From: Octopus bimaculoides
Taxonomy: Eukaryota
Assembly (NCBI RefSeq): GCF_001194135.2
Contig: NC_068987.1
Span: forward strand, 2,675,039 to 2,739,038
Reading direction: 5' to 3'
Length of the DNA: 64,000 bases
Below the pieces are notes generated by a model that was not told the origin of the DNA, did not search any database, and saw only the letters and a list, made by a program, of their open reading frames with translations. This document shows, piece after piece, positions 23,053 through 36,016 of the stretch. Positions within the stretch are counted from its first letter, which is position 1; each line of letters begins with the position of its first letter. The translations under genes and the position numbers were made by a program.

Positions 23053-23328
23053 GCTCATGGCTTAGTAGTCAGGGTATTCGGCTCACAATCGTAAGAACGT
23101 GAGTTCAATTCCCAGCGACGCGTTGTGTCCTTGAGCAAGACACTTTATTTCACATTGTTCCAGTCCACTCAGCTGGTAAAAACGACTTGCATCTGTGTCA
23201 CGCCCAACTTTAAGGGCACACAGGTGTCTGCGGAGTGCTCAGCCACTTGCACGTTAATTTCACGAGCGAGTTATTCCGTTGATCGGATCAACTGAGACCC
23301 TCGTCGTCGTAACCGACGGAGTGCCAGA
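23053..23328 (+). mobile_element. SINE family E (tRNA head plus GTGTCCTTGAGCAAGACACTT domain)
   Basis: A box TGGCTTAGTAG, B box GAGTTCAATTCC, central domain, tail ..GTCGTAACCGACGGAGTGCC. Degenerate relatives at about 44275-44440 (-), 44555-44760 (+) and 60060-60350 (-). Confidence 0.8.
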
Positions 23329-23935
23329 GATACACGTCAACTGATGTCTTTATCACACCCACCCTTTTCCCACCGCATATAGCTAATAAACACCTCATTT
23401 TCCTCTGCCTTCCTCCGCCGCTCCGACACAACACGACTTCCATATTCAACCCCAAGTCTCCTTCATATTCTACAACCTTCAGCTGGTTACACACCCTATT
23501 TGTCATAAGCCTGGCAATTCTGAGTAATTCTAGAGAGAATTCTACACCAGTCAATCAATCAATTATATACTGACAACATGTCTCATAGACACTACATAAT
23601 GTATATTGTATCTAGTGCCTCCTGCATGAATCCATGACATACTTTGAACTGGTTGTTAAAATTAGGCATCCAGCAAGACAAAACATCACTTAACTTACAG
23701 CATTTGACATGCACCAAAGTCTAGACACAGATTACCATAGAACACATGCACGTATAGTTGTATAACACTTATATACACATGCCGGACACATAAAGCATAA
23801 TTAACCTTCGCAGCTCTATACAAAAGCACATCGCTGGGATTTAAATATTAAAATTGCATACAGCTCTTCTCCATGCGAAAAACATTGCAGACATACTAAA
23901 GTTACATATAACAATACTTTACACACATACATACA

Positions 23936-23978
<43 letters not shown>

Positions 23979-24369
23979 NNNNNNNNNNNNNNNNNNNNNN
24001 NNNNNNNNNNNNNNNNNNNNNNNNNNNNNNNNNNNNNNNNNNNNNNNNNNNNNNNNNNNNNNNNNNNNNNNNNNNNNNNNNNNNNNNNNNNNNNNNNNNN
24101 NNNNNNNNNNNNNNNNNNNNNNNNNNNNNNNNNNNNNNNNNNNNNNNNNNNNNNNNNNNNNNNNNNNNNNNNNNNNNNNNNNNNNNNNNNNNNNNNNNNN
24201 NNNNNNNNNNNNNNNNNNNNNNNNNNNNNNNNNNNNNNNNNNNNNNNNNNNNNNNNNNNNNNNNNNNNNNNNNNNNNNNNNNNNNNNNNNNNNNNNNNNN
24301 NNNNNNNNNNNNNNNNNNNNNNNNNNNNNNNNNNNNNNNNNNNNNNNNNNNNNNNNNNNNNNNNNNNNN

Positions 24370-24405
<36 letters not shown>

Positions 24406-26149
24406 ATAGTGGTGAACAGCGAGAATGAGTACTCAACACTAGATTTAGATTAATATATTCTTTATTTGTGGATAAACAATGCCACTAATGGATTCGTGTA
24501 GGAAATTCTGCAATTTTTCAAGCATTCAACAAACGAATGTTGATAATCATCCGCCATGTTGACTGATTCTTAAGTGCAACGCTTGAAAAGTTGCGGAATT
24601 CCCACATGAAACCTTGGGTAACATTGTTAATCCACATATAACGTATACGAGTGTGTGCCTCGTATACACACATACACAAATATAAACAGAGATATATACA
24701 CACATACATACACAAATGTCTATTCATTGTAATGGGTCTACTGTCTAGAGTTTCAAGCAAACTATTTATCAAACTAAATCATACATCACAAATCTCTTTG
24801 TATGGTTGAAAGTTTAATTATTCTAGAAACTTCGACCGAAAATATATTGGATAAAGTAAAATTTTCAAAATTAACCAACTAAACTAATAAACCAAAACAA
24901 CTGTTATAGTCACAAACATATACATACAGTTACGCGCGCACGCACATAGATGTGTGTGTGTGTGTGTATTAAACGCTACCTTCCTCAAAACTTGAATTCT
25001 GACAAGGTCATTACTACCGAAACAATCTAGCAAGTTGTAAACTATAATCATACACACACACATACATACACACATGCAAAAATTTGCATATATCTAGGTT
25101 TGTAAATAAAAATATATATGTGTTATGAGCATATATAACCATGTGCTTGTGCATGTATGTGTATGAATGTATGTATATATGTATGCATGTTTAATCATCC
25201 CACAAATAAAGCATTTTTGTACCACTATACGGAGGGTTTAGTATTTCTGGAACAAAACATAGACACTAGAAGACAATGCGAAATGGTACCTGTGCTACCG
25301 ATCCAAACAGAGGATGTGTGGGCTCAGTGGAGTCTAAAAGAAATATTAAGACATATCTTATAGTTGAGCCATAATTTCACAATATCACAGTTTTGGGACA
25401 TCTGCGAAACAAAGGAACAAATATGGGTGACAAAGATTAGCACTTTGGTGGAATTGGGTGCTAAAGAATGTGGATATTTCTGAAATGGCAACGATGATGA
25501 CGATGATGATGATGTTAGGGTGATGATGATGATGAAGTAACTCTCTAAAATTTGACATAAATTTAAAAGTGAACATTCAGCTTTTGGCCCTCGTTATATC
25601 ACTGCTAATCTCAGGAGTACTTAATCTACGATTGGCATAATATCTGGATGATGAAACTCCTTCATAACAAACATTAATCCATTAATCCCGGAAATATTAA
25701 CAAAACGGAAAATGGATGAACAACAACAAAGGGAGAGAGGGGGAGAGAGAGGGAAGAGGGGGACCAAAACAGCAACAATAACAAAAGTAAGATTCACAGA
25801 GAAAAGAAGTCAGGAGAGAGCACGAGGAGTAGTAGGAGAGTGTAAAATGGGTGAAGACGTTTGGAGGAGTCGTTAGATAATAAAGGGAGGGAGAGAGAGA
25901 AGATGAGAGGAGGATGAGAGAGAGAGAGACGGGGAAGGTGAGAGAGAAAGATATGGGGTTTGAGTTTTGGGAGAAGAAGACTACAACTAGAAATACTCTG
26001 AGTAAACAAAGAGAAAGTTGGAACAGAGAAGAGGGGTGTTGTTAGGTTGCACTGCAGAGACACACACACACACAGACGCATGTCTATATTGCCACACACA
26101 AAGACCCATACATGCCACCACACACACACACACACGTTACCACTACATG

Positions 26150-26190
<41 letters not shown>

Positions 26191-26664
26191 CCCCCCCCCA
26201 TCCTTATGCAGTATACACGAAAGTCTACTGCAACACACACANNNNNNNNNNATATATATATTGCCCCCCCCCCATCCTTATGCAGTATACACGAAAGTCT
26301 ACTGCAACACACACACTTGCACGAACACGCACGTACAGATTGCCATACATACACGATACTTGCAGACGCAGATCAACTCCCATACCCACCCGACCCATTC
26401 CAAAGGGACGAGTAGAGAGAGAGAAAGAGAGGGGGTGTGTGTGTGTGTGTGGTGGGGATTGAGCAGTCTGTATGTGCATGCAATGAAAAGAGAAGGGGAG
26501 GAGTAGTAGTAGTAGTAGTAGTAGTGGTGGCAGCAATAGAAGCGGCTGTCTGTATGCATGTATGAGCATATATATTAACATACATACTTACGTATGTATA
26601 CACACACACATATATGCGTATATATATATATGCATATTTACATGTATGTATGTGTACTTCCATG

Positions 26665-26707
<43 letters not shown>

Positions 26708-27748
26708 CAGAAACCATTAAGTCTGTTCACAGATAAAACCAGACAAAAGTAGAAAAATCTTGCATCAACATCGTCTGTTGTTTTATTTTATTTTTATATT
26801 TATTTGTATTTTTATATTTAATTGATTCCCTAGTTTTTTTAGAGGGGAGGGGAAGAAGGGGGAAATAAATGTGGGTGTGGGNNNNNNNNNNNNNNNNNNN
26901 NNNNNNNNNNNNNNNNNNNNNNNNNNNNNNNNNNNNNNNNNNNNNNNNNNNNNNNNNNNNNNNNNNNNNNNNNNNNNNNNNNNNNNNNNNNNNNNNNNNN
27001 NNNNNNNNNNNNNNNNNNNNNNNNNNNNNNNNNNNNNNNNNNNNNNNNNNNNNNNNNNNNNNNNNNNNNNNNNNNNNNNNNNNNNNNNNNNNNNNNNNNN
27101 NNNNNNNNNNNNNNNNNNNNNNNNNNNNNNNNNNNNNNNNNNNNNNNNNNNNNNNNNNNNNNNNNNNNNNNNNNNNNNNNNNNNNNNNNNNNNNNNNNNN
27201 NNNNNNNNNNNNNNNNNNNNNNNNNNNNNNNNNNNNNNNNNNNNNNNNNNNNNNNNNNNNNNNNNNNNNNNNNNNNNNNNNNNNNNNNNNNNNNNNNNNN
27301 NNNNNNNNNNNNNNNNNNNNNNNNNNNNNNNNNNNNNNNNNNNNNNNNNNNNNNNNNNNNNNNNNNNNNNNNNNNNNNNNNNNNNNNNNNNNNNNNNNNN
27401 NNNNNNNNNNNNNNNNNNNNNNNNNNNNNNNNNNNNNNNNNNNNNNNNNNNNNNNNNNNNNNNNNNNNNNNNNNNNNNNNNNNNNNNNNNNNNNNNNNNN
27501 NNNNNNNNNNNNNNNNNNNNNNNNNNNNNNNNNNNNNNNNNNNNNNNNNNNNNNNNNNNNNNNNNNNNNNNNNTACATATGGGAAGTGAACAGTCCCCCA
27601 CCCCTCGAAAAACATGGTCAATTAGCAGAGACTCCAGACTATAGAATCCACCCACCTCCAACCCCAGCCCCCACCTCCGATCTTTAGAGTTGTTAAAGAA
27701 GTGTGACTCAAGAAATTAATTTTACAGATGAAGAAACAAACTTTACAT

Positions 27749-27995
27749 CACTGTTTCCCCAACCCCTTTTTTTCTTTTTACTTCTGGATCCTTTTGGTTC
27801 CTTATTTTACTGAAATGGACCTTCACAGCCAATTTTGATACCGGAAAAAAAATTTTATATTTTTGTATTTCAATTTTATTAGGAATTTTATTAAAAAATG
27901 TTAAAATATTTCGTTTATTGCAAATGTATAACAAACTTAGTGCATGTGAACTTTGGACCCTTAAAGGTCATAAAGACCCTGGTTGAGAACCACTG
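27749..27995. mobile_element. hAT-type MITE
   Basis: Right TIR GGTTGAGAACCACTG (27981-27995), left TIR CACTGTTTCCCCAACC, 8-bp TSD CTTTACAT (27741-27748) / CTTTGGAT (27996-28003). Related left-end fragment at 38479-38585. Confidence 0.7.
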
Positions 27996-28703
27996 CTTTG
28001 GATGTTGAAGAATGAATAAAATGGTTAACGTTCCTTAAATTCAACAGACTCCAGTCTGCACACTGGTCATGTTGGAATAAGGAAACGAAGGACAAATTCT
28101 TCACTTTGGGCTTGTCCCAGGACCCCAGAGGAACTTTGAGGATTCTAATGAGCAAATATAGAGATTCCAGTGGGAGAACGTTTTTAACTATAAAATTTAA
28201 TCAACAGAGCATGTTAGATTTATTTTCATAATGTTAGTTTTAAATGATGTTGATGCTTAATTAATATTATTTGTTCGTTTAGTGTCTGTTTCTCCATGCT
28301 GGTAAGGTTTGGAGAAACAGACACTGGTAAGGTTTGGGATGAGGAATTATTCAAGACAGGATTTCATGACTGGATGCTCTTCCTGTTACCAAACCATATC
28401 TATTTTCAAAGAATTATTCCAGAGATATTCAAAAGGTGAAAGAGACCCATCAGGTCAACAAGGATTGTCATAAACATTACCATTACTTCTTTTGACAAGC
28501 ATGGAATGTGGATATTTGTGCACACATGCACACAATCATTTAATATCTGTTTTCCATGGTGGCATGGGTACACATATACAAAACAATAAGCTTCCTGCAG
28601 TTTCCATCAATCAAATTCCCTCTCAAGTTATTGGTTGGTCGCGGGACAACAGCAGAAAACAGCCAAGGTGCTGCTGCAGAGAGGAACCAAAGCCGAAAGC
28701 CAC

Positions 28704-28724
28704 GGGATTCCCCAGGGAATTTCC
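28704..28724. promoter_or_regulatory. Two adjacent NF-kB consensus sites
   Basis: GGGATTCCCC (28704-28713) and GGGAATTTCC (28715-28724), both matching GGGRNWYYCC, 1 nt apart. Confidence 0.5.
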
Positions 28725-29918
28725 ATACTGGTCCCTGTTTTGGTTGTTGATGTTATGTAATAGTGTTGTAGAATAAGGGAAGAGTATATGTGATGGGGGG
28801 AGGAGGTACATTAAATTGGTGAAGTGGTAAAGAGGGGTAGAGGTAAGAGGTGAAGAAACACCAGGAGGGAGGAAGGGACAGAAAGAATGAGAAGAGAGAG
28901 AGAGAGATGGNNNNNNNNNNNNNNNNNNNNNNNNNNNNNNNNNNNNNNNNNNNNNNNNNNNNNNNNNNNNNNNNNNNNNNNNNNNNNNNNNNNNNGGAGG
29001 GAGGGAGGGAGAGAAAGACAAACATAGATGATGTATTTAGATTGAGAGAGGGGGGGGGGACACACATAAAAAGAGGGGACACACACACAGAGTTAAAAGG
29101 AGATTCATGCACACACATACATAGAAGGATGGATGTACACATACACATAGACTGAGAGAGAGAGAAAGGGGGCATATAGATATATAGAGAGAGGGAAAGA
29201 GAGAGAAGGAGAGAGGACACACATATAGAGAGGGACAAAGAGAGACAAACATACACACACACCTAAATGTAAAGAAACAAAGAGAGAGAGAGAAAAGGGG
29301 ACAGAGATATACAGGGAGAGAGAGAGAAAGAGACAGAGATAGAACACAGGTACAACCTCACTCTTTATGCAAGTGAGTAGAAAGAGACAAAGAGACAGAA
29401 AGAGAGACAGAGATAGCAAGAGGGTGGTGGTGGTGGTGGGAGTAAGAATCAGTGATGGAGTTCCAGAATGATGGGATAAATTACTGTGAATGTTTAAAAC
29501 GTTGAAAGCTGGAGTGAAATATGGTTTTGCTAATGAGTTTTCTAATGGTTGTTATATCAAAATGCTTTAATTAGTGTCGGAGTCATTAACTCAAACATCC
29601 ATCGTGAACACAAACTCTGAGTATAAAATAGAAATAGATGTTAATAAATTGTGTGAAGTTGGGAGATCAAAAGAGTTTGGAAATTGTAGACAGACAGTGA
29701 CAGCTTCTTGCAGACATTACCATAATCTGAAGAGGTTGGCACCAAAGCTGAGCGCATATCCATAAATATATGTGTATGCATGTGCGCATAAACATTTACA
29801 CACACACACACACACACACATTACAGATGTTTATATCTAAGAAACTGTCTAAAAAGTATATTATATATACACATACAAGCATACAACAGACATGTCAGTA
29901 TATATATATATATGTGTG

Positions 29919-29965
<47 letters not shown>

Positions 29966-30399
29966 ATGTATGCAAGTATGTGTATATATACATGTATGCA
30001 TGTGTATGTATATATATATATATAAAAAGATGCATATATATGTACATATGTGTATGTGCATGTGTGTATGCATGTATGTATGTATTTATCGATGTTAATG
30101 CTTGTCTAACAAGTGAGACGAGTGAAGAGTCAGGCTTCACTCGTCTCTGATTATCCACTTCTGAAGATGAATTCTTCAAAAAAAAACCATTTCCATTGAA
30201 GAATTAAAACTCAGGAGAAAGTTGAAACCTATCAAATTCTTCACAGACATGTTGTGTTTGCAAATGGAGACACACAGACATGTGTAAGATAAATAAATAC
30301 ATACATACGTATGTCTACAAATAGATGTGTTTTCTTGCAACATATTCCATAATTTTTAAGTCAATTACAGTAAACATGGTAGAGATGTGGCTTAGACAT

Positions 30400-30585
30400 T
30401 AAATAACACAAATTATGTGTGCATGTGTGTGTGTGTGTGTATACAGCTTTGTATGCATGGCTTTGTGTGCATATGTGTGTGTGTGTGTGTGTAGTTCTGT
30501 GTGTACAGTTTTGTATGCATGGTTTTGTGTGCATATGTGTGTGTGTGTGTGTGTACGGTTTTGTATGCATGGCTTTGTGTGTGTG

Positions 30586-30619
<34 letters not shown>

Positions 30620-30620
30620 C
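30400..30620. repeat. Higher-order repeat of TTTGTATGCATGG(C/T)TTTGTGTG plus (TG)n
   Basis: Three recurrences at about 50-60-nt spacing. Confidence 0.75.
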
Positions 30621-31059
30621 ACGTGCAAGTATGGTTGTGTGTGTTGTGCACATAACCCACAGTTTGAAATTCCCATCAGTGACTTGCGCCAAGTTAACCC
30701 TCACAGTTCACCAAGTAAACACACCTGCATCATGAGACTGCAACAAGAACCACAACATCATTGACTCACAGCACAACATGTAATCTCTGCAGTTCTACAG
30801 AGTCTGGAAGAGGTGGCGGGTGGGGAGAGAGTAGCAGAAAGAGAACAAGTCGGAGAATGCTTCCAAAATTTAGAGGGGAACAACAAAAATATGAAATTAA
30901 TCGTTGATCCAATAATAAAAAAAAAAAGATTTGATGAAAGCCCTTTATTAAATTGTGCAAAAATGGTTGTTATGTGGAAGGGAAGTTTGCTTTCTACACA
31001 CACAAGGTTTCACCTATGACAATACCTTTTCAAAAATTGGATTGGCTGTGTAAAGCAAA

Positions 31060-31395
31060 CAACAATGAAATAGAGATAATACAAAATAGTCAAGATACAA
31101 CACAAATAAGACAGCACAGGTAAGACACATCACAGGTAAGATATATCACAGGTAAGACAGAACACAAGTAAGACAGAACACGAGTAAGACAGAGCACAGG
31201 TAAGACAAAGTTAAGACAAAAGATAGTTAAGACTCAACACAAATCAAACAAAATACAGTTAAAATACAACACAGTCAAGACATGACTTATTTAAGACACA
31301 ACATAGTTAAGACATGACTTATTTAAGACACAACATAGTTAAGACATGACTTATTTAAGACACAACATAGTTAAGACACGTTTAAGACAGAGCAC
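31060..31395. repeat. 16-nt-period minisatellite (ACAGCACAGGTAAGAC-like) grading into three exact 32-nt units
   Basis: Units at 16-nt spacing from about 31101 to 31210; AAGACATGACTTATTTAAGACACAACATAGTT x3 at 31277-31372. Confidence 0.9.
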
Positions 31396-33074
31396 AAATT
31401 CTTTGGTAATTAATAAAAATATGTCACTTAGCTGAAGAGAAGCAAGAAAAAGTGAAGTGTTTACCTGCAAAGAGAGAAAAAGTAAATATATAAGATAAAT
31501 ATATAAGAAAAAACGAGAAGGCAGAGAGAGGGGGGAGGGAGGGAGAGAGGGGAAGTTATGAGTTTATGTTTACAAGTTAGAGGTAAAAACTTCACAGCAG
31601 AAACAGTGGAGTTGTATATTATTCATTAGAAGTGGAAGCTTTCCACATCATTTCTGCAAGTTATCAATCTTCAGAGAAATAAAACCTACAGATTAATTTA
31701 TACCCATAAATAATGTAAGGATTTAAGCAGTCTTAGACAGAACTGGTTAGAAATTTGGATTATAACCAACCAGTGGTAAAATCTCATTACAAATGGAGTG
31801 TGTGCTTAGAGTTACAAAGATTTCATACAATAATAGTTTTAAAATGTTTACATATTTTAACAAATTATCGCTGCACATCAAAAGGCTTGTTATTTTCACA
31901 TGTGGGAAAACAAAACAAAACAACAAACACATGCAATGTTACAAGGGAGATTACTCATACTAAACACTTAAACATTCAAAATTCCTTCAAGATAAAATTT
32001 TCTTTCATTCTGTGTAGCACAGAAAGCAGAAATGTTACTAGCCAGACGGTAATCTAAAATTGTACAGTAAAAACTTGCTGGGATATATACAAGAATTTAC
32101 AAATTCAGACTTCTTATTTAGAATGGTAAAATTCTATAATAGAATATGAAGCATTTTCCCCCCTTTTCGGTAGGTTACATGTTTCCATACTATGCATATG
32201 TCTAAGAGAATGTATGATCAATGAGAGACCAATCAATCTTTAAGTCAATGATAATGTCCACGTCTAGATGGGTTTGGATAAGGCTGCATCACATTGTCTT
32301 TCAGTATGAATATGGACAGAATATTAATTTTCAAAAGATTCTCTGTAAGCTTATTGTTGTTTTGAACATTGGTAATGTCTGCAAGAGGGTGGTGGATAGA
32401 CAGTTCTCATTAAATGAAAAGAAGGTAAGATTACTACATCAGTTTCTCAAAGAGGAAATATTTGATAGAGGTAAGCAATGCTTTCCCTATTTTTACTGTG
32501 GATATTGTGAAGTTCATAATTTGGCAATAATTCAAATCTATATTTGGACACATGGGGCCCTGGTGGTTGTTGTCAGTTTAAGGGAGATAATCACTTCTAG
32601 ATAAATCCTATGTATAATGTGATTTCATCCTTATTTGAAGTCATCAGCATTACAAGTATAACTGCTGTCAGAAAAGATGCAATTATACACAGGTAAGAAA
32701 TCTGCAGTTACACCAACCATACTATAAATTTAAATTTCTACCAGTAATTACTGGGGTATTTGAAGACAGAACTAATTGTCTTGGTACCAGCCTTGGGAAT
32801 ATGACATTTCCCAAACCAGAGAGAACATACCTAATCAGAAGGTTATTGCTATAAGCTTTCAAAGGCACTGTCAGAATATGTAAAACATTAAGAAAGTTTC
32901 ATAATTAATAAGATTCAGGTTATGCAATAACATCCATGCCTACAGCCTTATCTACATCTGCTCATATATAAGCATTGGCGCATAAGTGTGAGTATTCATA
33001 TATCTACATACATGCATACATATATACACACATACATATATTCATGCATACATACACACACATACGTGGAATGT

Positions 33075-33400
33075 TAAAAGCACATCCGAGTGTGATCGTT
33101 GCCAGGGCCACGGATTGGCTCCCTTGCCAGTGACATGTGAAAAGCACCATTCGAGCATGGTCATTGCAAGTGCCGCCTTACCATCACATGTGCCGGTGGC
33201 ATGTGAAAAACACCTTTGAGCATGGTCGTTGCCAGAACCGCCTGACTGGCCCTCGTGCCGGTGGGACGTGAAAGCACCTACTACACTCTCGGGTTGGTTG
33301 GCGTTAGGAAGGGCATCCAGCTGTAGAAAATTTGCCAGATCAGATTGTGCCTGGTGCAGCCTTTGGCTTACCAGTCCTCAGTCAAACCGTCCAACCACAC
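33075..33400 (+). mobile_element. Repeat family B (SINE or non-autonomous element with RTE-like (GAT)n tail) with internal tandem units
   Basis: Repeated ..GTGAAAAGCACC..GTTGCCAG.. units, then CTACACTCTC..GGTTGGCGTTAGGAAGGGCATCCAGCTGTAGAAA..CAAACCGTCCAACC. Confidence 0.8.
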
Positions 33401-33459
33401 ACATATATATACACACACATACACATATATACACGCATGTGAAATGGTGTATATATCAA

Positions 33460-33625
33460 TGTTATTTAACCCCAGGTCAATCCTTACCAAGCATACAAAA
33501 GCCATTCCAACAATGACTACCTAAGACTATATCTTTTACTTTCTTCCAGTGGTAATGTAAAAAAGGAGATTTAGTCGCTATTTCTAGCAGACCAATCGAC
33601 CACCTAGAGGATCTCTCATTCACTT
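33460..33625 (+). mobile_element. Dispersed repeat family D (GAGATTT(A/G)G(T/C)(C/T)GCTATTTCTAGCA), unclassified
   Basis: Related copies at about 35215-35400, 41490-41690 (-), 42950-43050, 52440-52730 (-) and 61315-61480. Confidence 0.6.
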
Positions 33626-34124
33626 ATGGCTGCTGCTGTTGTTGTTGTTGTTGTTGTGTTGCTAAATCTCGATAAGGCAACACTTGACGAAGAGAAGGAA
33701 GCAGACCATTGAAGAAAAAGGATGTCAGCAGGTACTCTGAATGCTGCAGCTTGGGCTTATTACAATGGACTGGGAACAAGAGAGAATTGTTAATCACAAC
33801 ATCACAGCAACCTCAGCAACCCTGTCTGGGAATATGTGTCTGTACAGATATACTTGACATCTGACAAGGAGAAGGAACTGTGCAGTTGATAAGATAACAG
33901 CCAGTAGTAGTAGTAGTAGTAGTAGTAGTAATGGTGGTAGTAGTAGTAGTGGTGGCAGCGTCGGCAGTAGTAGCAGGGTCGTGTATACTAACACCATGTA
34001 TACTTTTAGTGGCATAGAGAAACACCTCCACACTTAGGGTGACTGTTGTATTAAGTCTAACACTGGAATATATATATATATACACACACACACACATATA
34101 TATACATTTATAGGCGCAGGAGTG

Positions 34125-35010
34125 GCCCTTCTCTGAATGCATTCCAGGATGTCAGCGTGTGTAATAGCAGCACTACTGACCCCCGCTACATTGTAAGCCT
34201 CACTTCTGCCTTGTAGTGTATTAACTGTTAGGGGATGAAATAACCTCTTCTCCTAAAGAAAAGCCCTAGTTTTTGGTATGTGATCCTAGCTGTATCAAGG
34301 AGGTGCTTTTGTCATGAAAGATCTTTAATAATGGTAAGGCACAGCATTTGGAGTGAGCATGAGGGTCCCAGCTGTGTGCTGCTCGTATCTATAGTGGGTA
34401 TGGCACCCTTATGTTTCTTCATTTGTGTAGGGTTTGAAGGCTTTTGCTGCTAAAATAGATAAGGTTGGCACTTCCCCACAAGACAATGGCCTCAAGGTCA
34501 CTATTTATGGTTCCAAGAGGGTTTGTCATGTGATGGATGGTCTGAGTGTGGATGATACACAGTTGGGAAGGGGGTTAAGGGCAAATGAAGGGTTTTGTCA
34601 TTTGCATAAGAGTGGGTGTTGTTTTGGGGATGAGGTGGGGGCAAGAAGATTAGGGTTAGGGTTAGAAGAAAATGTGAGACAGGACTGAACCCTAGGGAAT
34701 TGAGAGTGGGACAGAAAGGGCTATGTAGACCTGTTGCAATGATGCAACCAGATGGGAAGCTACTAATCCAAGGGATGGGAGATGGGTGGAACCCATAAAT
34801 GAGAAGTTTTGGTAGGAAACTTGCATGCTAGACACATAGTCAAAGTTTTGAAGGTCAACAATCATAGGTCAAAACATCAATTGTAACAGGGTGTAAAGGT
34901 CAAACACTTAAAGGTCAACAGGACCAAACAAATAGGGTCAGAGACTGTCATCTGAGGATGTTTGAGTTGATATGTAAGAAGTTGGGAGCAGACAGACAGG
35001 AGTATCAGGA
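34125..35010 (-). mobile_element. Decayed CR1/L2-type LINE reverse transcriptase fragment
   Basis: Minus strand across frameshifts: IVDL..FDYV; HASFLPKLLIYGFHP..PWISSFPSG; P*GSVLSHIFF; SYANDKTLH (YADD equivalent at 34608-34597); INSDLEAIVLWG; QKLGLFFR..YKAEVRLTM; DILECIQRRA. Confidence 0.75.
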
Positions 35011-35841
35011 CTTCAGGTGTGGTAAATGAAAATGGGAGTAATTAGCAGCAGGTGTACATGTGAAATGAAGTCAAAGAACTGCTGAGGTTCTTTGACCAAG
35101 AGGTTGAGAGAGAGAGAGACAGACAGAGAGAGACAGAGAGAGAGAAAGAGAGAGAGAGACTTAACCTCTGTTGGCAGCAAAGAGTTTCTTTGAAGTGTTT
35201 AATGTTTTGTTGTTGTTGTTGTTGTTGTTGTCAGCCTCCGGATCAATCTAAGGAATTCTAGCCATGACCATCACGACATTTTTGTATGTATAAGAAAGTC
35301 AAGCCTACATTAACCATTATGTCCCGTTTTAGACTGGCAGGGTGTGATCAGAGGGAAATTCTGTTGCTATTTCTAGCAACCACATCAAAGTTCCACTGGT
35401 GAGCCACAAAGCATCAGTTGAGATGACATGTGATGGTGATGACATGTGGACAAAGGACATGTCTGGGGAGAAAGAGTGCCACATGATGGCTGGTATCTGT
35501 CGAAGAGGAAGACATAGGACAATGGGGTGGGAGGGGGAAGAGGAACGGCAGAGATGAGAACAGACTGGGGTGGAGGTGATATTTAGAAGAGACAACATTA
35601 AAACGATGAGGTTGATAACAGCATGTATGCATCAATAATCAATATAGGGTACCCACAGGTGACATTTATCAATATATATATCTTCTTATATGTGTATATG
35701 TGTATATATATATACATATATATATTATCAATATAGGGTAGCTGGAGACAAGAGGAGATTGAACCTGGCAAAGAGTCATTGCAACAGTGTAGGAGACAAA
35801 AGATAAGATAATGTGAAAGTTGTTATATTATCTCAAACGCA

Positions 35842-35882
<41 letters not shown>

Positions 35883-36016
35883 ATAGGTATGTGTGTGTAC
35901 GCATACATATGTGTACGTGTACAGTGACACACACATTAACACGTACATATGGAGAAGACCCACCCATCCTAGAGAAAATGCACTCTAACATAAAGATAGT
36001 GATTAACACAGTGTAA

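Noticed and set aside
26180-26315. About 60-bp direct repeat on both sides of a 10-N gap
   Set aside because: Typical unmerged contig overlap (assembly artefact); the copies differ only in homopolymer length.
29727-29750. CTGAAGA-GGT-TGGC-ACC-AAAG hammerhead-like string
   Set aside because: G12 is missing, and there is no cleavage triplet or stem I.
30161-30190. CTGAAGA-TGAA-TTC-TTCA-AAAA hammerhead-like string
   Set aside because: No GAAA and no stem I or stem III.
31277-31372. Three exact 32-bp repeats, superficially CRISPR-like in length
   Set aside because: Head-to-tail with no unique spacers, in a eukaryotic context with no cas genes. It is a minisatellite.
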